DNA from: Candidatus Brocadia sp. | GTDB lineage: Bacteria; Planctomycetota; Brocadiia; Brocadiales; Brocadiaceae | Reading direction: 5' to 3' | Length of the DNA: 32,000 nt | NCBI GenBank assembly: GCA_021650915.1 | Contig: CP091279.1 | Location: forward strand, 3,420,001 to 3,452,000 | Part shown: piece after piece, positions 17,412 through 24,523 of the stretch | Layout: every line of letters begins with the position of its first letter | Numbering within the stretch: position 1 is the stretch's first letter | The notes under the pieces: model-generated | Database searches by the model: none | The model's input: the letters and a program-made list of their open reading frames with translations, nothing else | What the model was told of the DNA's origin: nothing | Program-made: the position numbers and the translations under genes

Positions 17412-18779
17412 TTACACCTGTGCAGATATTTTAAAATGATAATCCATCAAAAAAGTGCCCTGTTCCAAGGGGGGTAGTTTACCAGAATCATAGTAGTCAC
17501 CGGCTTCAACACTGAAAAAGCCAGCATTTTGAACCCAATCTGCCACTTCTCCGTTTATGGTGCAATAAATTGTAAAACTATAAGTTCCTGGCACAAGTGG
17601 TAATCTTATTATATTCAACTCAAAATATGTTTCATCTGACTTAACGATTTCGAACGTCTCGTTTTGGATCGCGTTACCAAGAACTGTAATTCTTCCTGCC
17701 AAATAATCATCAATGCCTATTGCAATACTAACGTTCTTTAAATCTCCATTTATTCTATTTTCAAAATTAAATATTAATTTAACATTTTGTCCACTGTAAA
17801 GAGCATTAATGGAATCTCCTTTTTCATTTTTAAAAAGAACAGAGGTAAATCGGATTATGCCCGTACCATGCCTATCTTTTCTTTTTAACAGAGCTACATT
17901 AGAGGATGATTCTAAGCGGAATAGATATTTTTCAATAACAGTCCCTGCTTTCTCATTTACAATAACTTGACCTTTATCCAACATAATAGCTGTACCGCAT
18001 AGATTCTGAATTGCCAGCATATTATGGCTCACAAACAGCACCGTCCGGCCTTCTTTTGCGGACACATCCCCCATCTTCCCCAAACACTTCTTCTGGAACT
18101 GGGCATCGCCCACGGCCAACACCTCATCAACGATGAGGATCTCCGGCTCGAGGTGGGCGGCAACGGCAAAAGCCAAACGAACATACATTCCCGAAGAGTA
18201 TCTTTTAACCGGAGTATCGAGAAACTTCTCAACTTCTGCAAAGGCAACAATCTCGTCAAACTTTTTTTTAATTTCCGCCTTGCTCATTCCGAGGACAGCG
18301 CCGTTCAGGAATATGTTTTCCCGTCCGGTTAATTCAGGATGAAATCCGGTGCCAACCTCAAGCAGGCTTGCTACCCTGCCTTTTATGGTAACCCGTCCGG
18401 TTGTTGGCTCGGTAATCCGGCTTAATATCTTCAGCAGCGTCGTTTTCCCGGCGCCGTTGCGACCAATAATCCCGACCCGGTCTCCCTGGTTAATCTCAAA
18501 CGATACCTCTTTCAAAGCCCAGAACTCTTCATGTGTGGGATCGGCGAAATGTGAGCGGTGAAAGGTAAAAGGTGAAACGATTTTTTCCTTAATACCTCTG
18601 AACTTATCACTAATCACATCCCGCAAAGCTGTATAGCGTTCCTGTTTTTGATGGGAAAGGATATATTTCTTGCTTAAATTTTCAACCTTGATTACCGTAT
18701 TGCTCACAATTTTTGTTAAATATGAAAATTTATTGAAAAAAGTGAAATGTGAAATGTTAACACATACAACAAAGATCAA
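17412..18779 (-). CDS. wzt: Polysaccharide/O-antigen ABC exporter ATP-binding protein Wzt with extended C-terminal (carbohydrate-binding-type) domain
   Basis: Walker A GIIGRNGAGKTTLLKIL, signature YSSGMYVRLAFA, Walker B ILIVDEVLAVGD, H-loop VSHN, followed by about 170 further residues. The probable true start is GTG 18707 (VSNTVIKVENLSKKY). Confidence 0.88.
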   Translation of the reverse strand: MIFVVCVNISHFTFFNKFSYLTKIVSNTVIKVENLSKKYILSHQKQERYTALRDVISDKFRGIKEKIVSPFTFHRSHFADPTHEEFWALKEVSFEINQGDRVGIIGRNGAGKTTLLKILSRITEPTTGRVTIKGRVASLLEVGTGFHPELTGRENIFLNGAVLGMSKAEIKKKFDEIVAFAEVEKFLDTPVKRYSSGMYVRLAFAVAAHLEPEILIVDEVLAVGDAQFQKKCLGKMGDVSAKEGRTVLFVSHNMLAIQNLCGTAIMLDKGQVIVNEKAGTVIEKYLFRLESSSNVALLKRKDRHGTGIIRFTSVLFKNEKGDSINALYSGQNVKLIFNFENRINGDLKNVSIAIGIDDYLAGRITVLGNAIQNETFEIVKSDETYFELNIIRLPLVPGTYSFTIYCTINGEVADWVQNAGFFSVEAGDYYDSGKLPPLEQGTFLMDYHFKISAQV

Positions 18780-18866
18780 CTTATTGACCTTGACAGGCCG
18801 TATATCATTTTAGAAATCAGGGTTGCTTTGTTCATAAGTTCATGTATAGGAATTTCAATGTAAGAT

Positions 18867-18923
18867 TGTAGGATGGGGGTTTATCCTCCGCCATTGGCCG
18901 ACCGCAAGGGTCGGCGCTACAAA
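18867..18923. repeat. Double-hairpin intergenic unit between the nucleotidyltransferase gene and wzt
   Basis: tgtaggatgggggtttatcctcc (aggat/atcct) followed by ggccgaccgcaagggtcggc (ccgacc-GCAA-gggtcgg), then gctacaaa. Confidence 0.55.
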
Positions 18924-18966
18924 CAAAGAAAAAACCGTTGGTTTTGCAAAACCAAACCTAATTCAA

Positions 18967-19293
18967 TCACTCTCTTAATAGTTCAATTCCCGCATGTTTA
19001 ATTTCATGCACTATGGGAGTTAGTTCATCCTTAAATTCTTCCTTTGAAAAACATATGGGTTCTATAGCTGGATTAAACGCCTGGGCCTCATGAAAGACCT
19101 CAAAAGCTTCATCAAATAAACCGGACTGGTCAAGGTGGTCAAAAACAAGAGCCATATCTATATCGCTTGAAGCACTGGCAGTCCCTTTGGCATAAGAACC
19201 AAAAAGATATGCCTGTTTCAGGGAATGCCTGGAGCGTATTTTCTGGAGAAATTCGTCTATAATTCTATTGATTTGATCCTTAGTGTACACCAT
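18967..19293 (-). CDS. Nucleotidyltransferase (MNT/Pol-beta superfamily) domain protein
   Basis: LFGSYAKGTASASSDIDMALVF matches the GSx10-ish DxD NTase motif. It overlaps the upstream HEPN ORF by 37 nt. Confidence 0.85.
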   Translation of the reverse strand: MVYTKDQINRIIDEFLQKIRSRHSLKQAYLFGSYAKGTASASSDIDMALVFDHLDQSGLFDEAFEVFHEAQAFNPAIEPICFSKEEFKDELTPIVHEIKHAGIELLRE

Positions 19294-19610
19294 TCGGTAA
19301 CCTCCTTGGCAAAATTCAGAAATTCCTTTGCAACTTCAGACGTTATTTTATTCTGAAGTATAGTTATATCTTCCTTGTATCTGGCATTAAGATAGTATTG
19401 ACTAAGAAAATCTATCTTTGTCCACCAATCATCAGGAAAATCCCTGATGCTCCCGGTAATATTCAGAAGTCTTCTGAGGTTGTGTTCAAATGGGATTATT
19501 TTCCCCTCAGCCTCAATCAATGCCTTAACCACCTTTTCGATTGCCTGCTGAGCCATATAAACCACGTATATATACCTGCCCGTCTTATACATAGCCGCTG
19601 CTGTTTCCAT
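19257..19610 (-). CDS. HEPN domain protein (possibly 5'-frameshifted)
   Basis: MAQQAIEKVVKALIEAEG...FEHNLRRLL...QYYLNARYKEDI is a typical small-HEPN helix pattern, and the gene is paired with an NTase. No R-x4-6-H motif was seen. Confidence 0.7.
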   Translation of the reverse strand: METAAAMYKTGRYIYVVYMAQQAIEKVVKALIEAEGKIIPFEHNLRRLLNITGSIRDFPDDWWTKIDFLSQYYLNARYKEDITILQNKITSEVAKEFLNFAKEVTEWCTLRIKSIEL

Positions 19611-19686
19611 GTCATACTTTACACGCCCAAGCCATGCTTCTATATGTTTCTACGTTTAGAATCATTCATTTTTCACTTTTCCCAGT

Positions 19687-20532
19687 CTATATCACATCTG
19701 CAAAAACACGTTCGGTTTTACGGAAATATCGTAGCCCGAAGATGAACACCAACAGGGTTAAGACTGTTGAGAGAAGAAGCCCAGGCCAGTAAATATGCGT
19801 GCTACCGCCAAGAATCGCCCACCGAAACCCATCGATTACCCCCACCATCGGGTTCAGGGAATACCAGAGCCGCCATTGCTCTGGCACTACCGCTGTACTG
19901 AAACCTACGGGAGAAATGTAAAGGCCAAACTGCACGATAAACGGCACAATATAGCGAAAATCACGGTATTTCACGTTCAGCGCTGCCAGCCAAAACCCAG
20001 AACCAAGCGATGCAATCAGGGCCAGAAGCAGAAAGATGGGTAACGTAACGATTCGCCAGCTGGGGATAAATTGGCACCAAATCATCAGGACAACAAGGAT
20101 AGCAAAAGAAATTATAAAATCCACCAAACTGACAATTACCGCGCTGGCCGGCATAATAATGCGCGGAAAATAGACCTTTGACAGCATATTCGCATTGGTA
20201 ATCAGAGAATTGCTGCTCTCACTTAACGAGTTGGCAAAAAACTGCCAGGGAAGCATGGCCCCGTAGACCAGAATAGGGTAAGGAACTCCTTCTGACGGAA
20301 GCCTTGCCAGTTTTCCAAACACTATCGTAAAGACAATCATCGTCAGCAACGGCCTGATGACGCTCCAGGCAATGCCAATGACCGTTTGTTTGTAACGCAC
20401 CAGGATGTCGCGCCACGACAGGAAGTAAAACAACTCGCGGAAACGCCACAGGTCTTTCCAGTAATGGAGCTCCGTGCGTCCTGCTTCGATTACCAAAGTA
20501 TATTCCGATTGATTACTCATTTTCTGCCCCAT
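19687..20532 (-). CDS. wzm: ABC-2 type polysaccharide/O-antigen exporter permease Wzm
   Basis: LWRFRELFYFLSWRDILVRYKQTVIGIAWSVIRPLLTM is the ABC-2 signature region. There are about 6 hydrophobic segments. YFPRIIMP is also present. Confidence 0.88.
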   Translation of the reverse strand: MGQKMSNQSEYTLVIEAGRTELHYWKDLWRFRELFYFLSWRDILVRYKQTVIGIAWSVIRPLLTMIVFTIVFGKLARLPSEGVPYPILVYGAMLPWQFFANSLSESSNSLITNANMLSKVYFPRIIMPASAVIVSLVDFIISFAILVVLMIWCQFIPSWRIVTLPIFLLLALIASLGSGFWLAALNVKYRDFRYIVPFIVQFGLYISPVGFSTAVVPEQWRLWYSLNPMVGVIDGFRWAILGGSTHIYWPGLLLSTVLTLLVFIFGLRYFRKTERVFADVI

Positions 20533-20587
20533 TTATCCGAAAAAATCACACACCACATCCATGCGTCACATCGCATCAATACGTAAC

Positions 20588-20625
20588 TAAAAAGCAGGTG
20601 TGGAATTTTGATAGTGAGACCTGCT
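20588..20625 (-). terminator. Candidate intrinsic terminator (large loop) upstream of wzm
   Basis: The minus strand reads agcaggt-(19 nt)-acctgct followed by ttttt. Confidence 0.3.
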
Positions 20626-20641
20626 GTCCGTATGCCGATAT

Positions 20642-20752
20642 CTATTGCAGCAAGCCGCAATCAAGTCCCCAGAATAAAGGGGGATTCAGGGGGTTGTAAA
20701 AAACTTACGAAAAAAAGAAAGATTTTACACGGTAATGCTATACTTGAACAAA
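20642..20752 (-). repeat. Family A repeat, short variant, inverted orientation
   Basis: The reverse complement reads tatagcattaccgtgtaaaatctttctttttttcgtaagttttttacaaccccctgaatccccctttattctggggacttgattgcggcttgctgcaatag. It has the same arms as the other copies and a short G/C hairpin in place of the long hairpin. Confidence 0.7.
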
Positions 20753-21095
20753 CAACAAAGAATTTGAAAAAAGTTTGCTTTAAAAAATATTATACACCTT
20801 TTTATTATCGTATTGCAACCATTCTTTCGCTTGCTGTCAACAGCTTTGCCTTAGATTTGGCGATGGGTAGGAACAAACTTGTGGGTACAGGAACATTATG
20901 AACCAGTCTATCACACACTCACCAGCAGCTATCTCAGACTGTATGGCATTTCGTCTGCAGTCTTGACCTACAGAAACCAAAGCAAATGGAACACTGGCAA
21001 GCGGGAGAAATTTTGGGGTGGAGTATCCTGGAAATGGGAGGAGATGACAGTAAAACAACCCGGTCTCAGGAGTGCCTTTCGTGAAAAGGTTAGGA

Positions 21096-21164
21096 GGGAC
21101 GAAGCATTTGCCTATTTGGGGATGGACATGTTTGTGTCAATTACATCAAATGCTTCGCCCCTAC
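21096..21164. repeat. Family B hairpin repeat, copy 2
   Basis: gggacgaagcatttgcc...caaatgcttcgcccctac. Compare 2638-2707. Confidence 0.7.
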
Positions 21165-21348
21165 GATTAACCGCAAACAAAAGCAGCCAGGCGCTACTCT
21201 AAATTAATACCCATCGGGAATCAATGCAAAAAATCTGAAACGACAAATATTATCGAGCCTCTCTTTTTGATATGAGACAGCGCTCATTATGGCAATAGAC
21301 CATAAACCCGAAGAGCGAAGGAAAACTTCACTCTCCGGATCATCAGGT

Positions 21349-22447
21349 TTAATTGTTAAAAATGTCCAGCACCTCCTGATCACTCAATGCCCTCCGGTAA
21401 AGCCGAACGTCGTCAAGGATGCCGTTAAAATACCCTGCATTCACCCGTGAATGGCCTATCCTCATGTCCGTGTACGCCGTCAACGGCACTACCGTGTTCC
21501 CCGCCGGATGGGTTTGGGTATTCACCAGTTGACCATTTACGTATAACTTTTGTTCTCCCGTTGTCTTGTTATATGTACCGGTAACATGGTACCAGCTTCC
21601 CACAGAATTACCCAAATTCCCCTGGGCCATTTGCATGATTCTTGTGCCGCTTCCATCCTGTGTCACCACGACAAACTGAAGCGTATTGGGATTGCCTGAT
21701 GGAAATCTCAGTTCAAATCCCTCACGGAGTTGTGCATTGGAACTGTTCCTGAATCCGCTGAAGATGGCGTCATTCCGCGTCGTATCATTGGCATTCTTAT
21801 AGCACCACGCCGTAACGGAAATCTCATCGTTGTTGATCCTGGGGACGGTTACATGATCATCTACCCCATCAAATCTCAGTCCATTTGCAATCGGCGCCCC
21901 CGTCCATATCGCTCCGCCATTGATGGCACCATGATTGCCATTACCCGAAGAATCTCCTGCAATCGTCCCCGATCCTTCATCAAGGGCGTAGTGCACCTGC
22001 AGGTCTCCGGTGAAGGCATGGTATAAGGTGCGGATTTCCCAGTCACTCAAGGGCCGGTTGTACAGACGGACGTCATCAATAACGCCGTTGAAATAACCAT
22101 TATTCACCCGTGAATGTCCTATCCTCATGTCAGGGTAATAGATCATGGGTACGACAGTATTTCCCACCGGATGGGTCTGAGTATGAACGAGTTCTCCATT
22201 TACATACAACGTTTGTTGCCCCGTTGTCTTGTTATAGATGCCAACGGCATGGTACCAGCTTCCTATCGAGGTAAGGAGATTCCTTCGGGTAGTCCGTGTC
22301 GTCCTGTTCCCGCTCCTGTCTTGTGTCACGAGGACAAACTCAAGGGTATCCGGGGCACCTGCAGGAAACCGCAATTCAAACCCCTCCCGAAGTTGCAGAT
22401 TTGAGTTGCTTCTGAATCCGCTAAAAATGGCAACATTCCGTGTTGTA
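21349..22447 (-). pseudogene. Tandem LamG / concanavalin-A-like lectin (Laminin_G_3-type) domain protein, 5'-truncated by IS630
   Basis: There are two ~190-aa modules about 70% identical to each other (AIFSGFR..LREGFELRFP..GSWYH..YNKTTG..LYVNG..DMRIGHSRVN.GYFNG..DDVRLY). ORF residues 1-31 are translated from the IS630 terminal repeat. Confidence 0.8.
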
Positions 22448-23541
22448 TAGATTGTTGCATTAATTAAGTTAATAATTAGTTTCATTGCTAGATAAAATGT
22501 TGTAAAATAGGAGCATGAAAGATGACGGAAGGAAGCTGTCAAGGGAGGTATTGGAGTCTTATCGAATCCGGGCGATCACGCTCAGGGATAAGATGCATTA
22601 TTCCGTTAAAGAAATAGGCGAGATATTTGGCATTAAGTATGAAAGTGTCTCAAGGTGGTTCTCTCAATACCGTCGTGGTGGTATAGAGGCGCTTAAGGAA
22701 CGCAAAGCAAAGGGCAAGGCGCGAATTGTAAATGCGGATGATTTAAGATGGTTGCAAAGTGTTTTGCAGAATGTCGCGACAAAATATGGTTTTTCGACTC
22801 CGCTGTGGACCGGAACATATGTTAGAATTCTTTTCCGGCGAGAAGGAAAAGTGAATTTGGATCGCAGCACAATATGGCGATATCTGGTTCGGTTGGGTTT
22901 GAGTTTTCAAAAGCCGGAAAAACGTTATTCACAGCAAGACATGGATTTGGTAAAGACATGGATTAGCAAGGAGTGGCCTGAAATTCAGAAGTGGGCTCAG
23001 AAAAACCGGGCTATTATCTATTTTGAGGATGAGTCGGGCGTTTCCCTTGCGCCTGTTATTGGAAAAACATGGGCTCCGATAGGAGAAACCCCCGTTGTGC
23101 GTGTGACCGGGAAACGGGGCGGCGTTTTGGCCATGTCGGCGATTTCGCCATCTGGCAGGATGTGTTTCCGTCTGGAGAAACGAAAAGTTAACGCCCAGGT
23201 TCTTATGGAATTTCTGAATCAAATTAGCGTGCAACATCCGCGGCGTAAGGTGGCGGTGATCATGGACCAAGCGCCTTGCCATGTTGCCAAAAGAATTAAA
23301 GCATTGAATGAGGGGTCATCGAAGCTACGCGTATTCCATCTGCCGCCGTATTCACCGGATCTGAATCCGGATGAAAAAGTTTGGCGGCATATGAAGCATG
23401 TCACGCTAAAGAATCACCAGGCACAGAACAAAAAACAACTTGGACGTTTAGTCATTGGAGCGCTTAGAAAAATACAGAAGAACCCTGAATTGACCAAGAA
23501 ATTCTTTGAGAATTATTTAACATAATCAATGCAACGAACTA
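22448..23541 (+). mobile_element. IS630-family insertion sequence with TA target duplication
   Basis: The imperfect ~30-bp terminal inverted repeats are tagattgttgcattaattaagtta on the left and, as the reverse complement of the right end, tagttcgttgcattgattatgtta. TA lies at 22446-22447 and at 23542-23543. Confidence 0.85.
22515..23525 (+). CDS. IS630-family DDE transposase (apparently intact)
   Basis: N-terminal HTH (YSVKEIGEIFGIKYESVSRWF), IYFEDESG, VIMDQAPCH, PPYSPDLNPDEKVW. Confidence 0.9.
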   Translation: MKDDGRKLSREVLESYRIRAITLRDKMHYSVKEIGEIFGIKYESVSRWFSQYRRGGIEALKERKAKGKARIVNADDLRWLQSVLQNVATKYGFSTPLWTGTYVRILFRREGKVNLDRSTIWRYLVRLGLSFQKPEKRYSQQDMDLVKTWISKEWPEIQKWAQKNRAIIYFEDESGVSLAPVIGKTWAPIGETPVVRVTGKRGGVLAMSAISPSGRMCFRLEKRKVNAQVLMEFLNQISVQHPRRKVAVIMDQAPCHVAKRIKALNEGSSKLRVFHLPPYSPDLNPDEKVWRHMKHVTLKNHQAQNKKQLGRLVIGALRKIQKNPELTKKFFENYLT

Positions 23542-23565
23542 TATAATCAAGCTCCAGCATAAATA

Positions 23566-23979
23566 TCAAGGTTCCTCGAAATCAGCCTTCAATTTCTTGA
23601 AATCCGCTTTATCAAAGGAAATGATCTTGCAGTCTTTCATTCTTGCCAAAACCGCTAGAAAAATATCCTGAATGTCTACTGTGTGAACGGCGTACAATTT
23701 CAGGCTCTCTGAAAAAATTTCTTTGCTGAAAACAGTTTTTAAGCCATTATAATTTAGTAATTTCAAGAATATCGGGCTGATCTCTTTCCGCGGGATGCTG
23801 TAAACTTTCTGTAAGACCCAGATGACTTCGGCAAATACGATCTCTGTCAAAAGGGCTTCATCTTCCCCGAATTCAAGTTTCCTGAAAAACTCTTTTGACC
23901 TCTGGAATTTCTCCTCATCATCTTCAAGAAAAAACCTCAGTATTACGTTGGCGTCAAGTATCTTTTTCGGCAATTTCAT
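23566..23979 (-). CDS. vapC: PIN-domain toxin VapC
   Basis: ILDANVILRFFLEDD supplies the N-terminal acidic residue. TEIVFAEVIWVL and DIQDIFLAVLA are also present. The gene overlaps the upstream antitoxin gene by 26 nt. Confidence 0.8.
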   Translation of the reverse strand: MKLPKKILDANVILRFFLEDDEEKFQRSKEFFRKLEFGEDEALLTEIVFAEVIWVLQKVYSIPRKEISPIFLKLLNYNGLKTVFSKEIFSESLKLYAVHTVDIQDIFLAVLARMKDCKIISFDKADFKKLKADFEEP

Positions 23980-24211
23980 GGGCAGTAATCTCGACGGCTT
24001 TCTCTATGTCTTCATTCGCCGTAAATTTCTTTTTAAGGGTATATTTTTTAAAGCAGCCCGCAAGGTCGTCTGTAACAGGCTCGGGTTTTCTAACGATCGC
24101 TTTCCTGTCCTTGATTTCAACCTCTATGAGGTCTTTCACCTCAAGGGCTTCTCTTAATTTTTTCGGAAATGTAACCTGTCCCTTCGGTGAAACCTTCAGT
24201 ATGTATTCCAT
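23954..24211 (-). CDS. vapB: AbrB/SpoVT-type antitoxin VapB
   Basis: LKVSPKGQVTFPKKLREAL is a SpoVT-AbrB swapped-hairpin motif. The gene lies directly upstream of a PIN gene. Confidence 0.75.
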   Translation of the reverse strand: MEYILKVSPKGQVTFPKKLREALEVKDLIEVEIKDRKAIVRKPEPVTDDLAGCFKKYTLKKKFTANEDIEKAVEITAHEIAEKDT

Positions 24212-24258
24212 AAGTTGTACCTCACTAAATAGTCATACTTTGATAAGCGTTATACTTC

Positions 24259-24287
24259 ATAATATGATTGTACATATCTTTTGTCAA
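24259..24287 (-). promoter_or_regulatory. Sigma-70-like promoter for vapBC
   Basis: The minus strand reads TTGACA (24287-24282), a 17-nt spacer, then TATTAT (24264-24259). This is about 48 nt upstream of the vapB ATG. Confidence 0.5.
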
Positions 24288-24462
24288 GCAGGTTTTTGGC
24301 TTTACAAACCACAGAGGCCACGGGGTCAAAATCTATTCGACAATTCCGGGTAGAGTAGGGAACTGGCTATCTATAGTTTAGGTTGGCCTATCTGTTTCTG
24401 CCCCTTTCGTCTGGCAGTGCCTCAGTAGCCTCACCATGCTATTTCGCCAGTCCTCCCTCATC

Positions 24463-24495
24463 AAACCGTGCTTGCGGTTTTCCCGCACACGGCTT
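24463..24495 (-). ncRNA. Group II intron domain V
   Basis: The minus strand reads AAGCCGUGUGCGG-GAAAA-CCGCAAGCACGGUUU. It has the AGC triad, the two-nucleotide bulge and a GNRA-like loop. Confidence 0.85.
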
Positions 24496-24523
24496 TCCGA
24501 TGCCCTTCACCATAAGGCATGCG

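Noticed and set aside
20753-21348. ORFs 20608-20901, 20837-21058 and 20879-21202 as small genes between wzm and the LamG gene
   Set aside because: There are no recognisable motifs, the ORFs overlap each other, and they are partly built from family A and family B repeat sequence. I treat the region as non-coding.
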